NCBI GenBank assembly: GCA_003427395.1
Contig: BFEA01000001.1
Span: 13,639,373 to 13,687,942, forward strand
DNA from: Chara braunii
Lineage: Eukaryota > Plantae > Charophyceae
DNA length: 48,570 nucleotides
Direction of reading: 5' to 3'
Part shown: in pieces, positions 11,458 to 22,030 of the stretch
Layout of the letters: every line of letters starts with the position of its first letter
Position numbering within the stretch: the first letter of the stretch is position 1
Translations under genes and position numbers: made by a program
The notes under the pieces: model-generated
What the model saw: only the letters and a program-made list of their open reading frames with translations
Database searches by the model: none
What the model was told of the DNA's origin: nothing

Positions 11458-13382
11458 TTAATGTCGTAAGCTGCCCCAACCAACTTCCCTCTCTCGCTTT
11501 TCCCTCGAGCTCAAATGAAAGTGCATGGACTTAGGCAGCAGGAATAGCAAGTGATTTAAAAGGCTTTCGCCACCCTGCTGCTTGGCATCTTTGAGGGTTC
11601 AGGATACAACCGGCTGATAGGTCGAAAGGGACTTTGATCCTTAAACATGGGAATAATATAAGCCCGTCCGCAGCGTCCTCGACTATTCCCACCTTCCCAG
11701 TGAATCCGGCCCCACTTCCTTGTCTGTCGGAGAAAGTGACTTGTGGTGTGTCCTTGAACCACCACAGCATATGGGCACCTGGGCTGCGGGTCTGACACCT
11801 AAAATTCTGGAGGTGCGAAACGAAAACGGGGCTGCTGATCAAATTTATCAACGGCGGGCCCAGCGTTTGACGTTTCGGCGACTCGTTTTCTTGTGGTGAC
11901 AAGTTTCGGACTGCAAGGCTGGGGCCGTGTACTTGTGGCTTAAATTTGGTAATAATATAAGCCCGCCCGCACCATCCTCGACTATTCCCACCTTCCCAGT
12001 GAATCCAGCCCCACTTCCTTGTACGTCCGCTTGCTCTTTTCCAAAACTTCCACTTTCGTTTCCCATATTGCCTCAAAGCTCTCATTCTTCCAAAACATTG
12101 TTTCCATACCCGTAGCGTACGCTTCCGGGCACATGATAACTGTCTCTGCAGTATTTTGGTCGATGGCCGTGCATAGCAGATCCTTCGTTAAGACCCTGAC
12201 CTCTTCCAGTTCCCTGGAGTAGTCTCTCCTTCTTTTTCCTGTCTTCTCTCACAGAACTCCTCACTTCTCTGATGTCAATGCTCACTTTCATTCCCATCTT
12301 GATGATGCTGTCATTTACTTCGCGCATCATTCTTCCTTCCCTCCTCGGACCCTTTTCGCACAAAATCTTCACGAGGCTGTTATTTACTTCTTGCATCATT
12401 CTTCCTTCCCTCCTTGGAGGACCGCTTTCACACAAAACGTTTCGCACATTTTTTACAAAGTCGTATTTGCTATCCAGGTCACTAAGCTTGCAGTGAGAAT
12501 GTATATATAGTTACGTTGAAGTTGATTATCACATGCCGATATTTTGGATTTTTCAACGTGTTTCCTGTTTTTTTGGACTTGTGTGTGCCATCCTTGAGCA
12601 GGTGCCATGCTGATCAATCTTCTCCATATCGCTCCAATCCCTTTTTTTTGTTTTGTTTTTTTGTTTATGTTTTGAATGTCGACAGCCTTGAGATATTATC
12701 CTAGAACTGACGGACCCTAGGTGATTCAGAATTGTAGTATTTCACTCCTCTTGACTCCAGTGGAGCTCGAACTCGGGTCTGTATTTCAACAGTTCAGTTT
12801 AGGGGTGTACCATCTGAGCCGGGCCAGTCAGTCGTTCCGATCCTTTTAACGGATGTCCCCAAGGACTTCTTTTTTTTTTTCCAGAGGGACTTTTCAATTT
12901 GAAAATTTCCGCGAAATAATTTGTCTGCGGACTTGAGAGGTTTTTCAGCGAAATTGGTAATTCTCATGTCTGTGAGAGTCTATTTGATCTTTGCGAAATT
13001 GATGATTGAAACTTCCAAAAAAATTCGGTGTGCATGAATTTGACAGATGGAAACAGTGCTGGGTTGAGGAAGTAAACGTACAAATGGGTACAAGTGGAGG
13101 GGCGTGGTCTCACCAGCAAAAGGAGGATTGGATTAAGCTCCTGAATCTGGATGTGTTTCCAGCCGAGATGCAGGAAAGCAGTTCAACCCCAATTTTCTGC
13201 ACCTTTGCACAAACACGTCCAGATTCAGGCATTCAATGCAGTCCTCTTTGCTCTTGGGCCCTCGCCCTAGAGGTCAGCCGGTACAGACAGTACTCACCGG
13301 TACAGACAGTACTCGGATTGTTTTGTGTAGTGTGTTTGATTGCAATTACAGTGTAATCAGCTAGGGGATTCTGCAGACTCTT

Positions 13383-13500
13383 GAGGGTTCAGCCTCCTGA
13401 TGACTCGGTGAAACTCCGACGAAACAGTTCGCCACAGCCCCTCGTTTGTTGCCCTCTTCTCCCTCTCTGCCTACGGTTTAGCGGGCAGCTCTGTTCGACT
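13383..13500 (+). ncRNA. Hammerhead-ribozyme-core repeat, copy A (longest 5' end)
   Basis: GAGG-GTTCAG-CCTC-CTGATGA-CTCGG-TGAAACT-CCGAC-GAAA-CAG; ends at (TA)n. Confidence 0.55.
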
Positions 13501-13780
13501 ATATATATATATATATTCACAATGTGACAATATATATATATACAGGGTTGCCGGCGTTCGGGACGGGCCGAACGCCCGAACGTACGGGACCCCTTCGGAA
13601 GGCGCTCGGCCGTGCGGGCCGAACGCGGACCAAAAAAANAGCGTTCGGGGCCACACAGGGTGGGGCACAAGTATGAGGTTCATCCATATGATCCTGGTCA
13701 GCCATTTGCAAATCCCCCGTGTGGTCATGGTCATATATATATATATATATATATATCGTCAAATATATATATATATATCA

Positions 13781-13890
13781 TCACAAACAGAACTGTCCGG
13801 TAAACCGTAGGCAGAGAGAGAGAAGAGGACAACAAACGAGGGGCTGTGACAAACTGTTTCATCGGAGTTTCACCGACTCATCAGGAGGCT
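13781..13890 (-). ncRNA. Hammerhead-core repeat, copy B
   Basis: Reverse complement reads CCTC-CTGATGA-GTCGG-TGAAACT-CCGAT-GAAA-CAGTTTGTC; abuts (TA)n. Confidence 0.55.
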
Positions 13891-13897
13891 GTATATG

Positions 13898-14668
13898 CAG
13901 GGTTGCCGGCGTTCGGGACAGGCCGCACGCCCGAACCCGAACGCCCGAACGTACGGGACCCCTTCGGAAGGCGCTCGGCCGTTCAGGCCGAACACGGACC
14001 AAAAAAAAAAAAAAAAAAAAAAAAAAGTTTTCAAAAACTTCCGAAAAAAAAAAAATGTTATGGATAAAAATAAACTAAACAACATTTGCCTGGGCACTGC
14101 ATCCAAATTCTTTACCAAATTTGAATTAGAAATCAAATGCAGAAAATAAACACTATGATAATAATAAGAAAAAATAAAAAGAGAATTAAAATGAGTGAGT
14201 GTGCCAGCACCTTTTCGACACAGCCATCTTTGCCGATTTTTAATTATTTTTTGGCATTGACAAATGCCCTGAAAATTTACAGATATGTAGTTTACATAAT
14301 CAATAACTCGTTAAAAAGTTTTCAAAAAATAATAAAATTTTTTAGGCCCCGAAATAAAGTGAAAACAAAAAGTTAAAGTGAAAAAAAAACAAAATAGTGA
14401 GTGGGCGAGCAAGTTTTGACACCCCCATCTTTGACGATTTTTAATGTTTTTTTGGATTAGCGGAATGGCTTCAAAATTTATAGCATGTAGGTTACATCAT
14501 AGAGAACTCACAAAAAAAAATTCAGAAAAAAAAACTTACTTTTAGGCCCCGAATTTTTTTTTGGCGGGGGCCGAACCTGGAGGTGTTCGGCCCCCGAACG
14601 GGACCCCGAACGCCCGAACGTTCGGGGGCCAGCCCGGGGGCCCCCGAACGTTCGGTCAGGTAACCCTG
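13898..14668. mobile_element. Non-autonomous hAT-like element (left end duplicated at 13543-13640)
   Basis: TIRs CAGGGTTGCC / GGTAACCCTG, subterminal CCGAAC/GTTCGG arrays, imperfect 8-bp flanks TGTATATG/TATATATT, and an internal ~160-bp duplication. Confidence 0.75.
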
Positions 14669-14715
14669 TATATATTACCGGGCAGTTCTATTTGACGATG
14701 ATGTGACAATATATA

Positions 14716-14810
14716 GGTTCAGCCTCCTGATGAGTCGGTGAAACTCCAACGAAACAGTTTGTCACAGCCCCTCGTTTGTTGTCCTCTTCTCTCTCTCTGC
14801 CTACGGTTTA
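14716..14810 (+). ncRNA. Hammerhead-core repeat, copy C, followed by an inverted truncated copy (14813-14905) and a truncated copy (14919-14966)
   Basis: CTGATGA-GTCGG-TGAAACT-CCAAC-GAAA-CAGTTTGTC; tail-to-tail arrangement with the next copy. Confidence 0.55.
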
Positions 14811-14987
14811 TATCGTCACAAACAGAACTGCCCGGTAAACCGTAGGCAGAGAGAGAGAAGAGGACAACAAACGAGGGGCTGTGACAAACTGTTTCGTCGG
14901 AGTTTATATATATATATAGACGAAACAGTTTGTCACAGCCCCTCGTTTGTTGTCCTCTTCTCCCTCTATATATATATATATATATGT

Positions 14988-15280
14988 ATGAACTCTAGAG
15001 AATCATCATTCACAGGGATGTGATAATCAATTCTTTGTTGTAATTTGCTTGGAATATCTGAATCTATCAGACACACAATCTGTATATGTAATTGACTAGC
15101 TTCAAGCATGGCCATGGAATTCTGATTTGCATTCATTATCACCAAACAGTCTGGAATATCGTTTGTAACAGTTCCTTCAAAGCATTTTTTCATTTCTTTT
15201 TATAACGCGGCACCTTGCGAATATGGTGTGCTGTATCACTCAAAGCTTTGAGTGATAAGTTTTCAAAGCATTGAAAATGC
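14988..15280 (-). pseudogene. rps2: NUMT: fragment of mitochondrial ribosomal protein S2
   Basis: AT-rich; translates PRYKKEMKKCFEGTVTNDIPDCLVIMNANQNSMAMLEASQLHIQIVCLIDSDIP...IDYHIPVNDDSLEFI, the plant-mitochondrial Rps2 C-terminal motif series (PDCLV, LEA..L.I.IV.L.DS, P.NDDS). Confidence 0.85.
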
Positions 15281-15388
15281 GTCGTCAAACAGAGCTGCCT
15301 ACGGTAAACCGCAGGCAGAGAGAGGGGGGGAGAAGAGGACAACAAACGACGGGCTGTGGCAAACAGTTTCGTTGGAGTTTCACCGACT
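15281..15388 (-). repeat. 5'-truncated copy of the hammerhead-core repeat
   Basis: Matches the family consensus up to ...GTTTCACCGACT; lacks CTGATGA. Confidence 0.8.
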
Positions 15389-15875
15389 CTCTCTCTCTCT
15401 ATATTTTATAATTATGGTTAGTCAATATTTGGTGGTCGATTGTGGCGGAGTGTCCATCCATTGCGAGCATTTTTGTTTTGCCATCACGATCATTCTTTCT
15501 TTTCTTAGTTTATAATAATCAATCATCTGCCCAGTGCCTACCTGTGTCCCGACGCTCTCTGCGGAAATAAAATTAAACCGCACCTTAGGGTTGGCATTTT
15601 GCTACGGGTGGTTGAGCCCGAGGTCGCTGGTTTGAAATCATGCTTGCACGGAGGAGGGCTTAGTAGGCCCAGGTGTACAAATCCGTAACTACTTGCTACA
15701 CGGCTGTTTAAGTTAAGTTGTTTAACCACGTGGCCCAGTGGTCACCGGGCATTGATTGTGTCAATCTGCGAATTGGTGTGAGCACGTAGCCGTCATGCAA
15801 GTTGCATTTTCTTTTTTTTTTGGCGCTCTATTGTCGGGTCACACAAACTCTTTTTCCTTTTCCCCCCTTCTTCCT

Positions 15876-15878
<3 letters not shown>

Positions 15879-15948
<70 letters not shown>
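15879..15948. repeat. poly(T) tract
   Basis: Direct reading of the sequence. Confidence 0.95.
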
Positions 15949-15951
<3 letters not shown>

Positions 15952-16092
15952 GCGTGTCATCCTTGCGCAGGGCCATGTTAATTACTCTTTGTCTGTATCG
16001 TTCCAATGTTAACGGATTTCCAGAAAGCCACACAGACTCTTTGAATGCCCTCTGTGACCGTTGCTGCTGGAGAATTGAATCACATCAAACGC

Positions 16093-16266
16093 AAACCCAA
16101 CACAATCTTAACCCAATCGAACCCAATCCAATCCAAACCAAACCAGACCAAATCCAATCCAATCCCATCCCATCTCATCCAATCGAAACCCAATCGAAAC
16201 CCAATCGAAACCCAATCGAAACCCAATCCAATCCAATCCAATCCAAACCAAACTAAATCCAAATCC
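16093..16266. repeat. (CCAAT/CCAAA/CGAAA)n pentanucleotide-type satellite
   Basis: Direct reading of the sequence. Confidence 0.9.
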
Positions 16267-16869
16267 AGTCAAGAAAGAGGGTGGGCCCCCATTATGAATC
16301 CTCTCCGGTCGTTCTTTCTCCATGGCTCATAATTGGTGGTGCCATCGACAATTCCGGGGGCCCCAATAATTGATGTCATTATGCTCACTACCTTGTTCCC
16401 CTGAACAGAGTGCTCGGTCGTTAGGGCTGTATCTAGACTAGAGTAGGGGCAAATACAGGTGATGACCGTGCTTTCTATTCGGCGGCGGTTGGGGGGGGGA
16501 GGTGGAGACGGGAGCAGTGGTACATTGGCTGCTGGGAAAAGTAGCCAGTAGTCGACACATCACATTGAGGTTCGTATGTCTTTGACAGTGGGGATGACCA
16601 AGGCCGGCTGGAGAGCCTGGTGTGTGGGGCGGTGCTTGCGGTGTGAAATTGTGAATCCTCTCTCACATTTCTGATTCAGAAGATGGTTGTGTCTTGTCTT
16701 CTTCGATGCTTCACTGCGGCTTGGTATTTTTTTGTTTTTGTCAAGCTTCATTGGTCGTCGGTGACTGATAGATAGGGTGGGGCTTCTTAGGCAGGTACCG
16801 GTTGACTTACCTTGTGTTTGTTGTTCTGTGCACATCATATGCTTCTCTCGACTTCTCTGGATGATGCAG

Positions 16870-16945
16870 ATATGGTGTGAATTACCCGGTCATGTACGCC
16901 AACAAGATTGACAACAAGAATGCAGAGAAATTCAATTGTGTGCAG
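16870..16945 (+). CDS. MGST3: MGST3-like exon 2
   Basis: CAG acceptor; the first base completes GAA (Glu), then YGVNYPVMYANKIDNKNAEKFNCVQ; GTGAGT donor. Contains the YxVxYP and FNCxQ MAPEG motifs. Confidence 0.95.
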
Positions 16946-17076
16946 GTGAGTAGGGACTGGCGCCCTGTTATGTAAGAAAGGGGTTGTGGTTAGCTCGGGC
17001 CACATAAGCTGGATGACGGTCGATGCAATTACGATGTGGATTTTGCCCCAAATACGCCTCCACCAAACCCCACCCC

Positions 17077-17114
17077 CTGTCTCTTATACACATCTAGATG
17101 TGTATAAGAGACAG
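17077..17114. other. Nextera mate-pair junction adapter (two Tn5 mosaic ends); assembly artefact
   Basis: CTGTCTCTTATACACATCT + AGATGTGTATAAGAGACAG immediately before an N gap. Confidence 0.98.
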
Positions 17115-18171
17115 CNNNNNNNNNNNNNNNNNNNNNNNNNNNNNNNNNNNNNNNNNNNNNNNNNNNNNNNNNNNNNNNNNNNNNNNNNNNNNNNNNNNNN
17201 NNNNNNNNNNNNNNNNNNNNNNNNNNNNNNNNNNNNNNNNNNNNNNNNNNNNNNNNNNNNNNNNNNNNNNNNNNNNNNNNNNNNNNNNNCTTGCCCCCCT
17301 CCAAAAAAAAAAAAAAAGAGCACAGCACAAGTACCACTCACTCGACAAAAAATAAAAGAAAACAAGCCTTCGTTGCTTGTTCATTCTGTCTGTGGGGGTG
17401 GGGTAGTGACCGATCCTCCCCTTTATTTCCATAATTTTTGAGGATGTATACGTATGGTGTATTTCCAGAAAAGGAAGCAAAAGTGAAGGCGAGGGCAGTG
17501 GGGGGGGTAAATGTAGACGCTTCTGAAGTGAGTGAGAAGAGAAGGAAGGATGGACGACGGCCAGCCTTGTGGCTGAATGGCACATGCATGCAGACATGCA
17601 GACAGCTGTGGGAAAAAAGGTTATGGGTTTGAATCACCTGATGGGCAGCAAAATGTTAGGGGCTATAAGTCCCTTTGTGGGAAAAAGAAGAAAAAGAAAG
17701 AGGCACAAGGAGGACAAAGGGTAGAGAGAAGTTTGGGCGGGTTATAATTGGGACCAACTCGGTGGGGACCACCGCATGTTGGAAAAGAGTTGTAGATGTG
17801 CTGTGCTCGGATTGTAAATGGGGAAAAAGGAGAAGCTTGTTGCCAGATGCTGGTGTGGGAAGTACGATCTCGAATGCTGATGTCAACAAGTTTTACTCAC
17901 TTACATATCCAACAACAGAATGACAACTCAACTCAGTCGAAAAGTGTGTATGCATGCGTCTACGCGGGTCACCAAAACCCATCCATCACTAACAAGAGCG
18001 CGCTCAGATAAATCGCGAAACGAAGAGAAGGGTTCTTCAAGAGCTCGTTTCACATTCTGCTATCTATCCATTGGATAAGACTGACCGATGGATGATTAGG
18101 AGCTTTGTGGAATATTCCAAGGCCTGATTGAAAGTGCTACCGTGTTCCTCTTATCATAACGCACTTTGGTT

Positions 18172-18408
18172 ACATTAAAATGCATACAGGTTAACTTTTT
18201 CGGTCCGATACAGTGATGGTGAGGGTGCATTGTGCTCGTGTGAAGACGGTAAAGTGTAGTACTGTGGTCCTGAATCGATGACAGAGATTCATTAAAATGT
18301 ATACAGACAATCTTTCCGGTCCAATACAGTGATGGTGAGGGTGCATTGTGCTCGTGTGAAGACGATAAAGTGTAGTACTGTGGTCCTGAATCGATGACAG
18401 AGCTTCAT
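18172..18408. repeat. Tandem duplication, ~118-bp unit x2
   Basis: CATTAAAATG.ATACAG...CAGTGATGGTGAGGGTGCATTGTGCTCGTGTGAAGACG...CCTGAATCGATGACAGAG occurs twice. Confidence 0.9.
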
Positions 18409-18907
18409 CTGGAATAGATGTAATTACTCAAATAAAAACAGCTTCGCTGGTTGTCGACCAAAGAATGTCATAATTAATTACGACTGGCGTCATTGTTTTT
18501 TTTGGTGATCGCGCCTGACGGCAGCTTCCTGGAAGCGGGAATTCTTTGTCAAATTAAATAAAGTGAAGCTTATGGAAACTTCGCAAAGCTCTGAGAAGGC
18601 CTGGCTAACCTACACGCACCCTTCTTCCCCGGAGCAAAACAACACCTGGTATTATCTGTATCTGGCCTGAAACTTGCACGGATTACCCGGCTATAACGAC
18701 CGGGTGCTGTGCTCGGGGGAAGGAAGGCAGCCAGCGCACCCCTAACTCGTAAATGCCTGCAATAGAAGAGGGATTCGGACATTGATTCTGGTTCAGCCAT
18801 TCAACATTATTATTATTATTTCTTGTTTGAATAAGAGGGGAGGAGATAAGGAGGAGAGTGGTTGGCGAAGAAAAAGGGAATTCTCATTGGTCTTTGCTGG
18901 TGTGCAT

Positions 18908-18951
18908 CTTCTTCTTCTTCTTCTTCTTCTTCTTCTTCTTCTTCTTCTTCT
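18908..18951. repeat. (CTT)n microsatellite
   Basis: Direct reading of the sequence. Confidence 0.97.
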
Positions 18952-19482
18952 TTCCCTCTCTCTCCTCTCAAGTTCATTCATTTCTTTTTGGACGGCATTG
19001 TACTTTTTGATGAATGTGTACTTTGAAATTGGCCAGGATCATAACAGATGTATATAATCACATCAAGAATCAGCTTCACCTAGCTGCTTCTGGTTTGGCT
19101 GGCCAATCCTCCAGCCAATCCAATCATGCAGGTGTTTGCGAACATCTGCGAACTGTTCTGGTGTGTTGGCAGACATGGAGTGCACCATTGCACCTTATTA
19201 GCTGTGGACTTGACCGTTTGTTTTTTGGTTTTGAATCTTTTGATTACATTTTTTCGAGTAATGGCGATTGCAGAATTTTAGGCACAGTATGAGGCATTCA
19301 GTTCTTCCCTCATTTCTATCTAGAGTGATCAGTGAAAACAGTAGCACTTCTTGCCTTCGGGTTTTGGTCTCTGCTTGCATGGGCGTGCACAGTTGTGAAC
19401 GGGATAGCGAGTTGAAAAGAAAACATGCTGAAAATTTTTGTGTATTAATTGCTGTTGATTTGTCTTTGTTTGGCCTTTGCAG

Positions 19483-19551
19483 AGAGGGCATCAGAACTCC
19501 CTTGAAATTCTTCCCCAGTTCTTCGTGCTCTTCTTCATCGCCAGCCTTCAG
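19483..19551 (+). CDS. MGST3: MGST3-like exon 3
   Basis: Pyrimidine-rich tract and CAG acceptor; RGHQNSLEILPQFFVLFFIASLQ; GTGAGA donor. Completes the FNCxQRxHQNxLE MAPEG signature. Confidence 0.95.
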
Positions 19552-21643
19552 GTGAGAGCACGGATACCAGATAAAACACAATTTGGGTGGATGCTTTCAT
19601 TTACCGTCGTATGATTCCAGATGTCTGTGCTTGTTCTGTTCCTCAAATATCACACATCAACCGTCCCCTGCGCCTCCCCCTCCCCTTGCACCCTTTGGGA
19701 ACACACACACTCGTGCATGCTTTTTATTTGGAAATCGAGCGGCTAGGGTTGGGAAGTATGAGATCCTTTTGGGGCAGTAGACGTGATTATTGACCCCTGA
19801 AGCTGGAGTTGACCAAAATTTGCAATCCTGGATTATGTCTGCATGGACTTTGAAGTTTGAACTGAGAGTTCTTTGCAATGGTATATTGTTTCTCAATTGC
19901 CCACCTTGATCAAAGTCGCTGTGACCCGATCGACATACTTGCCATTTCAGGCTGCGCATGTCAGCGTCAGCAGTTCGTTTTGGTTTTGGTAAATAGTGGT
20001 TTGCCCAAGAAGACAGTAGCTCCTCTACAGCCTAGCGGTCGGCGTTCCAACCTGCCTAAGCTTTGTCTGCAGACGAGCTTCTGCCGAAAGACCTCTATCC
20101 TTTGGCACAACCAAGTCTGTGAGCAGTATGAGAGCATCCTAGCACAAATCCAAACGAAAACCCGTACAAAGTACCAGCAGCGCCACGTATAAAAGGTATA
20201 GAAAAGAGGTCAAACCCACGAGAAAGAAGCGGTTACACATTCCAATGTCGGCGGGAACAAAGAAGATCCGTAACCCATGTCAGAAGATAGATAGATACAC
20301 ACTCCCACAAAATGAGAAAAAAGCAACCAACATGCTCACCACACAACAGGAATATGCATCCTTACCCGATTCCCAAAAAATAACACGGGTGAACAAGTAC
20401 AGGGTCAAGGGTCAAAAGGGGGAGCTTGTGTCCCTACACGGTGGTGGTGGACTTCAGGGAAATCAGGAGTTAGGCCCAGCTCAGGAAAAACAGATCAAGA
20501 GTCGGAGATTCTCAGAAGTCAACGATGGCCGCAGATCTGATGCACGATCGGAAGGTTGTCTGTACCGTTCCAGAAGTTTCCATGGCCTACGGGGAAGAGG
20601 CACACGCCGGTCGACAGCAAATCGGGGTCATCCAGAATTGGAAATCTCAGCTGCACATGGAGGCAAACTGAGGCAGGCCAAGACTGGTGAGGACTACAAA
20701 AGTATTGCATGACGCAGTTGGCTCATTCATTCTGCCTTGTGCTGCTGGAGGCTGGAGTGCTGGCTTTCATTCAGCGGTGGAGGCGGCACCAGGGGGGAAG
20801 AAGACAGCGCCAGCCAGGAGAAAGGAGAGAGACAGCAGCTATAGCTAGGAAGGGTGCCTGAGCGCCATGGCTGTGGGATAGAGGTGGGGCAAGGAAGAGG
20901 GTGATCGGGACTTGTGAGGAGGGAGAGAAAGAGTGAGGGAAGCTTACCTTTACGTACCTGTTGATGATGGTGGTACTGAAGCAGCGGTCTGCACTTGAAG
21001 ACTGGACGTGGCGGGCACTGACCTCCATATCTAAGCTTGCTTGCCGGAGGTTGGATTCCTGGGTAGGCACAGCTGCAAGATGGCTTCATCAGTACAGTCA
21101 GGGTGATGGTGCATTCTGAGGTGGCGAGTTGTGGGAAGGAGGTCCTGAAGGATAATGGGCAACTACAGAGATGGAACGATTGTTAACTTCGATTATCAAT
21201 GAAGCTATCCTCCTCCTTTCTATTGCTTCTCTACCTTTGTCTTACTTCTTGTTCCTCGCTGCTGAGGCTGGGATGAGTATTTCGTGACTTGTTTTACATT
21301 GCAATCGGTTCCATATCGACATGCTCATGTTGTTGAAGCTTCTCATGATTTCGAGGTTCATTACAGTTTTGTATCAGATTAGATACCTCTTACCTTGCCA
21401 TTTGATTTTGCTGGAGTAGAAATCTGAGGTGAAGAAGTGCAGGATTGCTGGTTGCTGCTGGAATAAATACTTCCTGAGAGAATAGTTGGAGGTGAAATAC
21501 TGGGTTGACATGTGCTATGAGGAGGAAGTGATTGATTGATTGGTTGGAAGGTTGATTGCTTGATCGATCCAGTGGATCACAACATAAAACCATGGGGCAT
21601 CTCCGCATAGCACGCACACGCGTGTCTATCTGTCACTAATCTC

Positions 21644-21704
21644 TGTGTGTGTGTGTGTGTGTGCGTGTGCGTGTGTGTGTGTGTGTGTGCGTGTGTGTGT
21701 GTGT

Positions 21705-21750
<46 letters not shown>

Positions 21751-22030
21751 CTTTGTTTTGTGCGTGTGTGTCTTTGTGTGTTGCTGCGTGCGAGCATGTC
21801 TCTGTGTGAGTGTGTGTTGTGCGTCATAGTAGGCGATTGTGCATTTGCCTGGACATGTGTGTGTTATGTGTGTGTATGTGTGTGTATGTGTGTGTATGTG
21901 TGTGGGTATGTGTGTCTCTGTTATTGATTGGTTGATTCGTATTGATTGATTGATAGGTGGATTATATTCATTGATTGATTGATTGACGAGATTTGATTGA
22001 TTGGTTGATTGACTGATAAACTGATTGATT
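21644..22030. repeat. Compound (GT)n then (GATT)n microsatellite
   Basis: Direct reading of the sequence. Confidence 0.95.

Larger units (their letters stand above)
10270..12480 (-). mobile_element. Decayed Penelope-like retroelement reverse transcriptase
   Basis: Motifs in expected order: CTAIDQNTAETVIMC..Y; AYIIPMFKDQSPFRPI; AAYDIK..EIFSK; QRVGIPMGKSRGPPLACILC; VRVMDDVTIF; WDFLGTKVEI; thumb ALYRIRQMSS..LKQQLRLQNYP. Contains frameshifts, stops and internal duplications. Confidence 0.8.

Noticed and set aside
17077-17114. Tn5/IS50 transposon ends as a biological horizontal transfer
   Set aside because: It is the synthetic mosaic-end junction adapter at a gap edge.
21636-21927. (CV)n/(HT)n ORFs, and similar ORFs over (AG)n, (CTT)n and poly(T)
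   Set aside because: These are microsatellite translations.
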